Source: Octopus sinensis
Lineage: Eukaryota
DNA length: 64,000 nt
Direction: 5' to 3'
NCBI RefSeq assembly: GCF_006345805.1
Contig: NC_042997.1
Span: 112,964,001 to 113,028,000, forward strand
Position 1 is the stretch's first letter. Each line of letters begins with the position of its first letter. Of the stretch, positions 39,331-52,056 are shown one piece after another. Under the pieces are notes generated by a model, which saw nothing but the letters and a program-made list of their open reading frames with translations, had not been told where the DNA came from and did not search any database. Made by a program: the position numbers and the translations under genes.

Positions 39331-39504
39331 GGTTGGAGTTGTTTCAAATCAAATTCTTGATTGGGAAGCCTCCAGACCCAAACACGTCCATTGCCTGAAA
39401 ATAATGCAAATCTGGATTCATCTGAGAAAACCACTAATGAAACAAGCGAACACACTCACAACATTACCACAGACAATAGCTGGGCCAAGGCACTGGAACA
39501 GACA

Positions 39505-39735
39505 AAATACCTATTTCTTTACTACCCACAAGGGGCTAAACACAGAGGGGACAAACAAGGACAGACAAACAGATTAAGTCAATTACATCAACCCCAGTGC
39601 ATAACTGGTACTTATTTAATCGACCCTGAAAGGATGAAAGGCAAAGTCGACCTTGGCGGAATTTGAACTCAGAACGTAACAGCAGACAAAATGCCGCTTA
39701 GCATTTCACCTGGCATGCTAACATTTCTGCCAGCT
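39505..39735 (-). mobile_element. SINE family C
   Basis: Homology to 13825-14057. Confidence 0.75.
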
Positions 39736-40500
39736 CATCGCAGAATACCATCATGGATATCACTTGACACCTCAATAAGGTGAGCTGCCAATGATAATGA
39801 GAACTTTGCTGTTAACGCCACAGGCTGGAAGGGATAGTTCACTGACAGGTCCTGGTACTTAAGAATTTTATTCCGTTTGGCTATGGAAGCAGTGATCCTC
39901 CCATTTACTGCAGCATCCAGGATGTGGGATGGAGCAAAGGAGTCACAAACTGTGGCATCCCAGATGAAGCACCTACCTGTTATCCAGAGACAGACGGTAA
40001 GACCATCTAGTCTCTTCCCATCACTTCTGGATAATCCCACTGGCTCTAAAACTGAGGGGATATTAACCTGAGCCAAGACCTACTTAGTAATGAAGTTTAG
40101 CTCAGTGTGACGACTGAAACAACCAACATTTAGACAGCAAGACAAGCCATGAAGGCCTGTGGAGTTGAGAGGCCTACCACAGCAATATCTTACCCCTCCC
40201 CAGATGTTGGTTCCCACTCTGAGTGCAATGGAGATGTGGAGCTCATCCAGACTCAACAGACCACAAATGTTGGCCACAGGCAGGACATTAATCCAGTTCC
40301 CTGAGAATATCCCACTTGTAGAAAGTAGGCAACACCTTGAAAATTGATCTGATTGATCAAAGAGAGAGAGTTGAAAGTAGCACCTGAGCATAGATTGTCT
40401 CACACTCTCTGCTTCCATCTTTCCTTAGCTGTATCAAGAACTGACAATCCCAGCTCTCTCCACTATAACAGAGCTTCATCCATCTCCCTGTTGGAACTAG
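39735..40500 (-). mobile_element. CRE-like non-LTR remnant (zinc knuckle and RLE)
   Basis: HGLSCC...RH..LN, EPVGLSRSDGKRLDGLT...WDATVCDSFAPSH. Confidence 0.7.
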
Positions 40501-40541
40501 TCCATGCTGAAAAGGAGAGGATTCGATCCCAGTACTCCATC

Positions 40542-40945
40542 TTCATCACTTAACGTCCGCCTTCCATGTTAGCAAGGGTTGGACGATTTGACTGAGGTCT
40601 GGCGAACCAGACTCCAATCTGATCTGGCAGAGTTTCTACAGCTGGATGCCCTTCCTAACGCCAACCACTCTGAGAGTGTAGTGAGTGCTTTTATGTGCCA
40701 CCGGCCATGCCCAAATGGTGCTTTTTATGTGCCACCTGTACAGGAGCCAGTCCAGTGGCACTAGCGACGACCTTGCTCGAATGTTTCATGTGCCACCAGC
40801 ACAAGTGCTTGTAAGGCAACGCGGTAATGATCACGCTCAAATGGTGTGTTTAACGTGCCATCGGCACAAAGGCCAGCTTGTTGCTCTGGCAACGATCTCA
40901 CTCGTATAGACTTAGCGCTCCACTAGCAACAGATGCCAGTCACCG
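40542..40945 (-). mobile_element. SINE family A
   Basis: Conserved core and tail. Confidence 0.75.
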
Positions 40946-41239
40946 AGTTTATTGTATAGGTCACTTTTGTCAAGCAGCTAAGTTAAAGGAATGTAACAAA
41001 ACCAACACCTATTGTCAAGTGGTGACGGGGACAAACATAATCTCTCTCTCTCTCTCTCACAAACACACACACACACACACATGACGGATTTCCACACAGT
41101 TTCTGTCAAACAAATTCCCTCATAAGGCATTGGGCAATCCCAGGTTATGGTAGAAGATACTTAACCACGGTGCCACTGAGTGGGACTGAACTCGAAAGCC
41201 AGTGGGTGCAAAACAAGCTTCTTAACTAGAAGCGAAAAT

Positions 41240-41622
41240 ATTCTTTTCTACTCTAGGCACAAGGCCCGAAATTTTGGTGGAGGGGGCCAGTCGTTTAGAT
41301 AGACTCCAGTGCGCAACTGGTACTTAATTTATCGACTTCGAAAGATTGAAAGGCAAAGTTGATCTCGGCGGAATTTGAACTCAGAACGTAAAGACGAAAT
41401 ACCTATTTCTTTACTACCCACAAGGGGATAAACACAGAGAGGACAAACGGATTAAGTCGATTATATCGATCCCAGTGCGTAACTGGTACTTATTTAATCG
41501 AACCCGAAAGGATGAAAGGCAAAGTCGACCTCTGAGGAATTTGAACTCAGAACGTAACGGTAGACGAAATACCGCTAGGCATTTCGCCCGGCGTGCTCAC
41601 GTTCCTGCCAGCTCGCCGCCTT
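41240..41622 (-). mobile_element. Two nested/tandem SINE family C copies
   Basis: Homology to 13825-14057; flanking agaagcgaaaatatt is duplicated. Confidence 0.75.
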
Positions 41623-41685
41623 CAGAAGCGAAAATATTGTAATTCGGAAATAACGGTGAGTAAAAGTTATCTCCCATCAAAACGC

Positions 41686-41700
41686 CGTTGCCTAGCAACG
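41686..41700. promoter_or_regulatory. RFX X-box-like palindrome CGTTGCCTAGCAACG, candidate promoter element
   Basis: Matches the RFX consensus GTNRCC(N0-3)RGYAAC; lies in CpG-retaining unique sequence with a donor-like AAG|gtaaaa near 41733 and an ETS-like CGGAAG near 41964. Confidence 0.45.
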
Positions 41701-42063
41701 TAGTTTGAAGAGTGACTTGTTATGATCCTGAAGGTAAAATATTCTTTTGGTCTTCATAGGAATGTCATATCAAGGTATACGGAACACTTCAATATTCTTA
41801 ACAAATCTCGTATCGTATCCTAACAACTTGGTAGAACCCAAGTTTAGTGTTCTATACAAACACCATATGCCCGTCTCGAACCCTCGACACACGAGTTTGT
41901 TGTCCAATATTTGACCCTTCTGTCCAGTTTACCTGCGCTTGTGTTAGATGGCAGATTACAAAACGGAAGAGGAAATCTGGAACAGCAATCGACGAAAGTA
42001 ACGTATCCTTTAATTACATTTATCCTTTAAGTATGTCTATCCTTTAATTACATATATCCTTTA

Positions 42064-42420
42064 ACTAGCAGTATCGCCCGGCGTTACTCGGGTTTGTTTC
42101 GACCCTTTAGAATTGGAATTTTTGAAAAGTAAAATTTTTGCTTTATGTAGCTTGTTATTCTCTTTAAGTGAATATTTTTCTGGTTGAAATACACCGAACA
42201 ATGGCGACACAGCAGTCAAAAATCGTAAAAAATAGGGATTTTCATAGAAAAAAAACCCATCTTTTTGGTGTTAATATGGTCCGATTTGAATTTTTCTTCT
42301 ACGGAAGGAAGAGCAAGCCTTCTTCTATCATACTCTCAATTTTGGTCTCGGAGGAGATAGTGTTAGTTGAAGGCTACCAAACCTGCCATACACAGACAAC
42401 TTCAGCTTCATATATAGAGA
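42064..42420 (+). mobile_element. Helentron/HINE-like non-autonomous element, family 1, copy 1
   Basis: Starts actagcagtatcgcccggcg, ends cagacaacttcagc..tatatagag; three similar copies in the window. Confidence 0.65.
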
Positions 42421-42659
42421 GGTTACGTTCTATGAAACAAAGGTAAAATAAGGAAAATAATAATAATAATCTGATTTTTGATGATTTTTTAAACGAATGT
42501 GACCATCAAAACAGTTGAAAAGTCACTCGGTCTTCACCTAAAATTCCACCTCCTTTCAAAATCGTAATTTCCGTTCTATGAAATAAGGGAATACTCAAAA
42601 TTAAAATTAGTAAAATAGTAATAAAAGAATAATAATAATAACCATCGGATTCCGTGTCC

Positions 42660-42910
42660 GTTTTAAGCAGCAGAAGATAGTGGTGGTGGAGAGTAAGGGG
42701 TTGTATACCTTAGAACAAATGCCGTGCCTCATGGACAAAACTGTAAAGGCGTTGTCGCGGAGAATGGCCATCGCCATCGCCATCGCACGGTACTCATTTC
42801 TCAAACGGGCCACAGCTATCCCGATTTTGTGGCGGAAATCAGCAGTGAAGGGGCCAAGAATGTTTGAGGTCTCAACGGTGGCCGGCACAAATTGAAATTT
42901 ATTCATGAGA
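42660..42910 (-). mobile_element. CRE-like non-LTR 3' fragment
   Basis: FQFVPATVETSNILGP...AILRDNA. Confidence 0.55.
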
Positions 42911-43889
42911 CTCCATGTACAGATATTTCGTTATAGCATTTGGTTTACATGGTTCTTGATGTGAAAACGTGTGTTGAAACAAATTTAGTTTTATCTCAAG
43001 AGCGTCATTATGCCAATAAGAAACACACTTATTATTTATTAGTCAATGAACTAATTAATCATTTATTTAACCAATTAAATAATCAATTGTTTGATTAATT
43101 GTTTTCAGTCCAATCAACCATTCAATTAGCTAGGTTGATTAAAGTCCTGTTGTCGCCAGGGTGTGTCATTGATGAAGTTGAGAGTGGCGACGAAAGGACT
43201 TTGATAAATAAACAAAGCTAATTGATTGATTGACTGAACTATTCATTGAACAGGAACCTTGAGGGACAATATCAGAAGGTATCATAAGAAATATAAAAGA
43301 AATGGGAATTTTAGCAAAACCTGGGTTAGAAGAAGAAGAAGAAGAATGATGATGATGATGATGATGATGATGGTGATGGTGATGGTGGTGGTGGTGGTGG
43401 TGGTGGTGATGATGATGATGCCGTCACCGCCCTGATGCAGTATCAGCCAGTGGCTCTTATGTCTTCTGATCTTAACTGATTGGAAGTATTATCATGTACA
43501 TTATTTTGTCTTAGTATAAAAGATGGGCCACAGCAAATATTCTGCTCAATACCACAGACTTGCTTGTCAGTTGTTTGACCGTAACCAGTTGAGCATGTCC
43601 TTTAGTGGCTGAGCATCATAGCCATGTGTTGAGAGGGATTCTTTGGTGTTTGGATAATTCACCTCTGGAAACATGGGTGTTTCGTTCAACATCTTTAAAC
43701 AACCCTTATTCAGGGACCTTTTCAGTGAGATGGGTTACTTGACCAGAAGAAAATTCTAAATGGGGCCCCACCTGCAAGGTCATGTGCTGTATATCTTGAT
43801 ATGAGATCACCATGTCTTGCATATATGGTTGTGATGCATGTGCTTCGTGTACCCTTATCAGACGGCTAGTCATGATGGTTATACAGACC

Positions 43890-45430
43890 ATCCAAAACGG
43901 GCGATCTGCGACTTGTGCAATCGCTTGGCACATCCTGTATTTTAGAGGCTGTAATCAGCTTTTCACAGAATCTTGCATCCATCACTGAGAGCCATGGTAG
44001 GCCGTCTAGATACAAAGGAAAGTTTGCTACTGTTGTCGACCCATCACCCTCCTCAAACAACCATACAAAGTGCTGCTGGTAAGCCACACACATCTGCTCA
44101 AAACTGAATAGCAAGCGAATAACATGTCAGTCGTGATGCCTTTACTAATAGCCTCTTCTAGCTTGCTAACTTGTTCTCCCTCTAATCTATTTCTTTCTAT
44201 TATCAATTCTACTCTAATCGCTCTCTTCAGAGCAATTCACCACCGGTTGTTGATGACAACCCCCGTGAATTACCACTTAACTAGTTCGCTAATCCGGTCC
44301 CTGTAGTCTTTGTGAGCTGGTAAGGACGCATTCAACTTCTAGTACAGGTTCTATCTAAATCGACCGAGCATATCACAAATTTGTGATCTGTGTAACCAAC
44401 CAATTTAAATTGTGGACAGTCAATGCTATCCCTATCCTCTGATCTAACAAATACTCTATCTAAATACGATCTGGATGACCCACTGGGGTTGCTCAATAAC
44501 GATTCCATTTATTTGTCACAAGGGCAAAGGATGAGGGGGATAATACAGAGACAGACATAAAGTGTTGGGGTTTACATATAATAATGAAATGATAAAAAAA
44601 AGTATATATGGTATACACTGGAAAAGAGGGGACATACGCATAGCATACAAAGGTAAAAAAAAGTCGGGGAGGGTGATAGAGATGTGGCCCTCCTGACACA
44701 GGAATGCCCCTAGGGATAATAGAGGAATGCCACTGTCCAAGATTTCCCTGAAACCCTATGAGCAAGTGCCCTCTCCAATTCCTTCTCACTGACTCACAGG
44801 TCTACACTTAGAAAGGTACCATCCACTCTTACCATTTTCGCAACTTTCACCCACCTTTCAATAAACTCACTCGAGGACAGCACCTCCCTCTCCACTCTTA
44901 TTTCCCTTTTTTTCAAGTGAAACTTGAAGAAGTCAATGATAGCTCTACCAAAGAGGAACGTATCTGTCCTCATGCCTTTCAGCCTTGACCACCAAACCTC
45001 TTTCGCCACAGCTACCAATCAAAAGAAAACTGCCTTGCCTGTCCGATTGAAGGAGAGCAGTGATGTAATCATCACTACAGACTTGGCCAACAGACGGATC
45101 CTTCCCACACATGACAGCAGCTGTTTGACATAACCCCACAAGGGCAAAGGATGTGGGGGGCAATACAGAGACAGACATGAAGTGTAGGGGCTTACATATA
45201 ATGAAATGATTAAAAAAAAGGGTAATAATGATGATTTCATTTCTTTGCTGCTAGGGCGAAGGACGAGGGTGGTGGTGGCCGGGCAATACAAAACATAAAG
45301 TGTAGGGTAGTTACATATAATGAAATGATAAAATGAATAAACAAAAATCAGAGAAAGTATACAAGGTATTCAGTGAAGAGGAAGGGAAATATACAAAGGA
45401 TACAAAGGTAAAAAAAAGGTGGGGAGGGGG
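43890..45430 (-). mobile_element. L1/Tx1-like LINE remnants, rearranged
   Basis: Minus strand SYLDRVFV..TDHK..KLNASL (APE end) at 44300-44490; 3' ORF remnant at 44790-45130; duplicated 3' UTR-like blocks. Confidence 0.6.
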
Positions 45431-45799
45431 CAGATGATGGAGATAATAACAACAGCAGAAGTGAAATAGAACGAGTGTGTGTTTCTTAGCATTATGACCT
45501 TCTCAAGGCATATATAGAGATGTACAGTAAAACTTCATCAAATATTAATTTTTTAAAAACTTTTCTGATTTCTAGTATGTTTCAAACAATTATCAATCTT
45601 TTTAATTACTAATTGATACTTTAGAGGAGATTGCTGTTGTAATTGTTGTTGTTGTTCACGTGGTTTTGATCAGGCTTTTTTTTAGCGAGTCTAGTCGTAC
45701 CTTTACTTTTACTGGCACGCCGTCGGTCACAACGATGAGTGTTCCAGTCGATCTGATCAATGAAACAGTGTACTCATGAAATTAACATGCAAATGGCCT

Positions 45800-46195
45800 G
45801 AGGTGCAGGAGTGGCTGTGTGGTAAGTAGCTTGCTTACCAATCACATGGTTCTGGGTTAATTCCCACTGCATGGCACCTTGAGCAAGTGTCATCTACTAT
45901 AGCCTCAGGCCGACCAAAACCTTGTGAGTGGATTTGGTAGACGGAAACTGAAAGAAGCCCGTCATGTGTGTGTGTGTGTGTATGTATGTTTATATTTGTG
46001 TGTCTGTGTTTGTCCCCCAACATCGCTTGACAACCAATGGTGGTATGTTTACGTCCCCGTAACTTAGCGGTTCGGCAAAAAGAGACCGATAGAATAAGCT
46101 TCCAAAGAATAAGTCCTGGGGTCGATTTGCTTGACTAAAGGCGAAGCTCCATCATGGCCACAGTCAAATGACTAAAACAAGTAAAAGAGTAAAGA
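45800..46195 (+). mobile_element. SINE family B (tRNA-derived head, CORE-like accttgggcaagt block, internal microsatellite)
   Basis: A/B-box-like gtggctgtgtggt...ggtt(c)a..ccc; many copies in the window. Confidence 0.8.
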
Positions 46196-46710
46196 AAGAG
46201 TACTCCACAAGCATGCGTACCCTTAACCTAGTTCTCAGGGAGATTCAGTGTGACACAAAATTTGAAAAGGCCGACCCTTTTAGGTATAGTTACAACTCGT
46301 TTTTGCCAGTCTAATGCACTGAAATAATGTGAAATAAAGTGTCCTGCTCAAGGAGGCAATGCACCGCTGAGAATGGAACTCACACCCTTACAATCGTAAG
46401 CCAAATACACTAACCTCTAAGCCATGTGCCTTCACTTCTCATACATTACTGAGTTGTATGGAATCTTATGACCGGACTTAAAAAAACCAACAGGATCTTT
46501 TAAGAGGTTTACCTTGGCAGTTATTTAACTGAGAATTAGGCTGGAAACCTAAACAAGTGAATTTGGTAAGACTCTGTGTTGATGAAGATGTGAGAGATGG
46601 TTTCAACTCTTTAAATGTCTTTAATCAATCACTTCAGGGACGTTTATCTTGAGGAATATAAATCAATACTGGAGACAGAGGTAAAGGGCATGGACCCTTC
46701 TTTCAGTTAT

Positions 46711-47706
46711 ATTTTTGGGGGTTTCTTTTTTTTTTTCTACAGAAACCCACTTGGATCTTTTCGGTTTGAACAGCAGTCTTTTAAAATAATTTCCACGTAA
46801 CTAAACACTTTTAAACTTCGTATACTGGTAGAATGTGTTTATAAAACATCTTTTTCTCTTGGCTTTATTGAGAAAATTCTATAGTTTGTAAGATATTTGT
46901 TGTCTTTTTTCTTCAATTTCTGCAATTTCAACCAATCAATGACGTCTATTGAGGTAAAAAAAACATTCTGTGCCGTATGAATATGTCCCTCGTTTAAGAA
47001 ACAGATTGGGTTTATTTACATTTGTGAAGAAAAAAAGATACCCTTCCTCCCACCCCCACCCCTAACCCTAAAACAGATTGAAATGCAATAGATCGATACT
47101 AGGGTCATAATTATGGGTGTCAATTTCATATGACACCGCTAGAAAAAACTACCGTTCAAACCGAAAAGATCCACCCACTTTTTCGATTGCAGAGATTCCG
47201 AATCTGCAAAAAAAATAAAATCGGCATTTCGAAATGTTACCTCCCCCATCCCCTCAACCACCAATTTTTCACATTTTTTAGAAATTATTTTGGCCAAATA
47301 CATAGAAAAATGCGGAAATTATGATTCTGAAAAAGAGATTTTGTAAAATTTCAATTTTTCAAAGAAAATAATAATAATTATAAATGAATAAACAAATAAA
47401 TAAACACCCCTCCCCACCCACTAAAATAGCAGACGTAAAAAGAAATGCTGGAAATAGCAGCTAAACAACTAGTCACGTGTTCAAAATTTTTATTTCCCTC
47501 ACCCTCTTTTTTTCTTTGCCAGAGGAGTTGAGAGGGGGAAAAATAAAAATTTAGAAAACGTGTTTTGGGGATTTTCAAAATCTTCCATTTTTAAGTACGC
47601 TCAAATCGGAAATTTTGAAATGCCGTTTTTTTTTTGTTTTTTTTTGCAGATTCGGAATCGCTGCAGTCGAAAATGGGGGTCTCTGTAGGAAAAAAAAACC
47701 CAAAAG
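46711..47706. mobile_element. Outer long-IR (fold-back) element hosting the Merlin-like MITE
   Basis: ...tttcgattgcagagattccgaatctgcaaaaa mirrored by tttttgcagattcggaatcgctgcagtcgaaaa... Confidence 0.6.
46753..47172. mobile_element. Merlin-like MITE, 19-bp TIRs, 8-bp TSD
   Basis: TIR ggatcttttcggtttgaac / gttcaaaccgaaaagatcc; TSD acccactt at 46745-46752 and 47173-47180; the superfamily call is inferred from GG ends and the 8-bp TSD. Confidence 0.75.
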
Positions 47707-48066
47707 AGTTACCACCGCCATACTGTATGGTCATAATTATGGAATCGAAGAACACCTTCATTCCTAGCAACGGTTTAAATTGAGAGAAGGAAGTGGAATA
47801 AAAAGTAAAAAAAGAAAAAAAAGATACCGCTGATAAAGGGGAACAACTCTGATTGAGTTATTCTTTTATTCTTTTACTTGGTTCAGGTATTTGACTGCGG
47901 CCATGCAGGAGCACCACCTTCAGTCGAACAAATCGACCCCAGGACTTATTCTTTGTAAGCCTACTATTTATTCTATCGGTGTCTTTGCCGAACCACTAAG
48001 GTACAGGGACGTAAACACACCACCATCAGTTGTCAAGCGATGGTGGTGGGGGACAATCACATAAAT

Positions 48067-48099
<33 letters not shown>

Positions 48100-48514
48100 C
48101 ACTCCAAACTATTAAAGACAATGGTGTTATTAATAGCCATTCCTACCATTGGTACAAAAGTAAATTTTTTTTGTGTGGTCTCCTTTGGTTACATGGGTTA
48201 CTTTTGGTCCTTTGTCTTGCAAATTACAAGGCAATCTGAACAAGTGTTGGTGGCACAGAAAGAAACAATCCTGCACTCTCTGTAAAGTAGTTGGTGTTAG
48301 GAAGGGCATCCCAGCTGGACAAAAGCCCTGCTGAAGCAGACAAATTGGGTTTGGTGCTGTCCATGAACTGGTCAAGTTCTCTTGCACCATCTAACCATGT
48401 CAGCATGGAAGATGGACATTAAATGGTGATGATGATGATGAGGGGGATGAGGGGAGTGAGAGGGGGTAATAACGTTTCTTTAATTGTAGTGACCCAGGCA
48501 AGGGATTAATGTCA

Positions 48515-48850
48515 ATCAATGCTACAGAGATTGTCACTCATCACTCATGGTACCAACACTACAGAAGTTGTGTCACTCACCATTCATAGTGCCAGGAGAG
48601 GTTGTATCACTCACCATTTATCATGCCAAGAGAGGCTGTGTCACTCATCATTCATAGCACCAATACTACAGAGGTTGTGTCACTCATCACTCATGGTATC
48701 AACTCTCACCAAGAGAGGTTATGTCATTCAAAATTCATGGCACCAACACTACAGAGGTTCTATCGCTCATCATTCATGGCCCCAACACTAGAGAGATTGC
48801 AGCACTCATCACTCATGGCACCAACATTAGAGAGGTTGTGTCACTCATTA
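48515..48850. repeat. Minisatellite, about 39-bp unit
   Basis: gtcactcatcactcatggcaccaacactacagaggttgt-like unit, about 8 copies. Confidence 0.8.
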
Positions 48851-49154
48851 TTCAGCAAAAGCTCCTTAGTGATAGTACAGGGGATGGAGGGGAGGGGGTC
48901 TTGTACTCAGTCAATGTAGAGAGAACTCAGTGACATAAGATGTATAGACCCAGGAGGGGAATAGGAGAGAGTGAGGGATGACAGCAGGTAGGTGGGGTTA
49001 TATACTTTTTGAATAAGAATATATTTTAATTTCATTTTTGTGTTTGCTTTGCAAGGTTCTTGATGTGAATTTGTGTGCAAAAACACATCTTGTGTTTTGG
49101 GGGGATCATTACACGACGAAAGGACTTTGACAAACAAACAACCAATTGGTTGTT

Positions 49155-49440
49155 TACGAACGTGGGTGATGCCAGCGCCGCCTTGACTGGCTTCTGTGCC
49201 AGTGGCACGTAAAAAGCACCAACTGATCGTGGCCGCTGCCAGCTTCATCTGGCACGTAAAAAGCACCCACTACACTCATGGAGTGGTTGGCGTTAGGAAG
49301 GGCATCCAGCTGTAGAAACACTGCCAGATCAGACTGGAGTCTGGTGCAGCTATCTAGTTCGCCAGACCCCGGTCGAAATATCCAACCCGTGCTAGCACAG
49401 AAAAACGGACGTTTAACGTTGATGATGATGATGATCATGA
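49155..49440 (+). mobile_element. SINE family A
   Basis: Conserved core and tail. Confidence 0.75.
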
Positions 49441-49618
49441 TGATTAAACAAACAATCGATTAATTAACTGGTTAGATGTTTAACCAACTGACTAACAATA
49501 AAGAAGTAATTTTGAACTAGTGTGTGTGTGTGTGTTTATCATTATTGGTGTTATGACTGTCCCAAGACACAACAAGATATGCTTTAAGAATCAAAATTTT
49601 CCACTTCTTTTTCTGAAG

Positions 49619-49750
49619 ATTAAGTAATTATCTGGAGAAGAAGAATAGCCGAGGAAGAAGCAGTGCAAGTGATGAAGGTGGCAGAAATCCATTCAGCCAT
49701 CCCCGTTTTGGTAAATACAGACCAAACAGGACTCTGTCACATCCTCCTTT
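49619..49750 (+). CDS. Candidate exon of an unidentified + strand gene (phase 2-2)
   Basis: ccacttctttttctgaag acceptor and TT|gtaagt donor; open frame LSNYLEKKNSRGRSSASDEGGRNPFSHPRFGKYRPNRTLSHPP; joins 51850 in frame. Confidence 0.5.
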
Positions 49751-49999
49751 GTAAGTTCTGGGGTCTGTCTTTTATTTTTTATTTGTTTTAGTTATTAGAC
49801 TATGACGATGTTGGAGTAGCACCTTGAAGAATTTGTTTTAGCTGAGTGAATCAACCCTGGGACTTTTGTTTCTTTTTTTAACCCTGGTACTTATTCTGTT
49901 CACCTCTTTTGCCAAACCACTAAGTTATGTGGGATGTAAACACACCAACACCGGTTGCCAAGTGGTGGTGGGTGACAAAAGCACACACACACACACACA

Positions 50000-50118
50000 T
50001 TATTCTTAGACATGAATGTTGTTGACAGTGACTTCAAAGTTTTGGCCAGCTAAGCCATTGTTGAACTGGCCGAAACTTTGAAGTCACTATCAATAATATT
50101 CTTGTTTAAAAGCAATAA
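50000..50118. repeat. Short fold-back hairpin (about 50-bp imperfect arms)
   Basis: agtgacttcaaagttttggccag / ctggccgaaactttgaagtcact. Confidence 0.65.
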
Positions 50119-50220
50119 ACTTGTACTCTACAAAAGTATAGAAAGACCCATCAGATTAATGTAAAATTGATTTTGTTACAACTGAACATAAAAATAAAAA
50201 ATTAACAATAAATATATATG

Positions 50221-51452
50221 CAGGAGTCGGACATAGCATCATAATTTTGAAATATCTATAAAACCGTCAAAAGTTTGTTTATTTTTATGTTTCTTGATTT
50301 ATTATTAGTGTTGCTTGATATGTTTTGCTAAAATTGCTATTTCTTTCCGGTTATCACCAGAAAAAGGTAATTAAAATTCATTAAAATGACAGATCTATCA
50401 GACTTTCAAAGAGGTCAAATTGTTGGTGCTCGTATGGCAGGCCTTAGCATAACAAAAACAGCCAAAATGTTTGGTGCACCAAGAAGTACTGTCTCGAAAG
50501 TAATAACAGCCTTTGAGAAAGAGGGAAAAACCTCATTGGAATAAAACTCCAGAAGAAAACCAAAACTTTCAGATAGGGACTGTTGGACTCTCATGCGGAT
50601 TGTTAGAAAAGATCACAAAAGTACAGCTCCCAAATTACTGCAGAGCTTAATGACCACCTCCACAAAAAATGTTTGCCAGGAGCTGCACAAAGCCGGATTT
50701 CACAGGAGGGCTGCAGTCAGAAAAAACACTGCTTTCAAAAACAAATGTTGCAAAGTATTTAGAGTGGAGTTAAAACCTACCGAATTGGTCCCTAGAGCAG
50801 TGGAAGAATGTTATTTTCTCGGATGAGTCATCCTTTACCCTACTTCCGGCTACTGGCCAAGTATCCATGTGGAGACAGCCAAAAGAAGCAATTGACCCAG
50901 ACTGCCTTCTTCCAACTGTTAAACATGGGGGAGTATCTGTGATGATCATGGGGGTTATATCTTGGAAATCTGCTGGCCCAATGGTTTTCCTTCATGGCAG
51001 AATTAATAGTCAAGACTATTTAAGCATTTTATCTGATCAAGTTCATCCTATGGTTGCAGAATTATTTCCAGAGGGAAACGCAATCTTTCAGGATGATAAT
51101 GCACTAATTCACACAGCTAAAGTTGTTACTGAATGGCTTGAGGAACATTCTAGTGAAGTTGAACATCTTATCTGGCCACCACAGTCCCCAGATCTAAATA
51201 TTATTGAACATTTATGGTGCATTTTAGAAAAACAAGTAAGGAGTCAATATCCTCCACCATCATCACTACAAGAACTGGAGACTGTTTTAGCTGAAGAATG
51301 GGGGAAAATTCCTTTGGAAACAATTCAGACTTTGTACAAGTCCATACCTCGTAGAATTCAAATTGTAATTACTGCCAAAGGCAGTCCTACCCCAAATTAG
51401 AATAAATTTGTTTGAAATTTTAAGTTGTTTCCATTATTTTGTCCAACCCCTG
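50221..51452 (+). mobile_element. Near-full-length Tc1-family transposon with DD36E spacing (Incomer-like), transposase frameshifted
   Basis: Ends caggagtcggaca / tgtccaacccctg-TA; N-terminus MTDLSDFQRGQIVGARMAG; FQDDN...SPDLNIIE with 36 residues between D and E; about 1.23 kb. Confidence 0.85.
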
Positions 51453-51849
51453 TATATATATTATAATAATATGAGGGAATATTATTCCAAACTTACAGGG
51501 AAAATTCAATTTAGAAATACTAAATCAAATTTCACAAAATACAATATATATATATGAATTAGAAAAAAAAAACATATATATATAAAATGATGGGTTCTTC
51601 CAGTTTCCATATACCAAATCCCGAATCCATTCACAAGGCTTTGATTGGCTTGAGGCTATAGTAGACACTTGCCCAAGGTGTCACACAATGGGACTGAACC
51701 AAGAACCATGTGGTTGGGAAGCAAGCATCTTACCACACAGTCATGTCTGTAGTTATAATTGTTTGTATTAGAAAAAAGAAAGCAAAAAAATAAATAAACT
51801 GATTATGCCTGTATTGAATCGGATGATGGATATTTAATGTTGTTTGCAG

Positions 51850-51981
51850 GGGTCACACATTTCCCAGTGTAAATTGTTTGCGTAAGGAGGAGCCTTCTAA
51901 ATACAGCCAGCGGCACACACAGCATCGGAACTCTACATGGCCTTATGGATATAAAGTTCTTCCATCGCCACAAACAGCCAG
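51850..51981 (+). CDS. Candidate exon of an unidentified + strand gene (phase 2-2)
   Basis: gttgtttgcag acceptor and consensus CAG|gtaagt donor; 132 nt; only one open frame (GHTFPSVNCLRKEEPSKYSQRHTQHRNSTWPYGYKVLPSPQTA). Confidence 0.55.
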
Positions 51982-52025
51982 GTAAGTCCTTTCACTGCTT
52001 GAGGTAAGGTGCAATGATTGTTACG

Positions 52026-52056
52026 CTGATGATGCCTAATGAGGCAGAAACATGTA
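52026..52056 (+). ncRNA. Minimal type I hammerhead ribozyme core (Penelope-type)
   Basis: CTGATGA, stem II TGCCT-aatg-AGGCA, GAA, palindromic ACATGT, GUA cleavage triplet; stem I weak. Confidence 0.5.

Noticed and set aside
46615-46680. Possible first coding exon MSLINHFRD...ETE with GAG|gtaaag donor
   Set aside because: The ATG frame ends in phase 0, incompatible with the phase 2 exon at 49619; alternative frames are ambiguous
48515-48850. CRISPR-like periodicity
   Set aside because: Contiguous degenerate units with no unique spacers and no cas genes, in eukaryotic context
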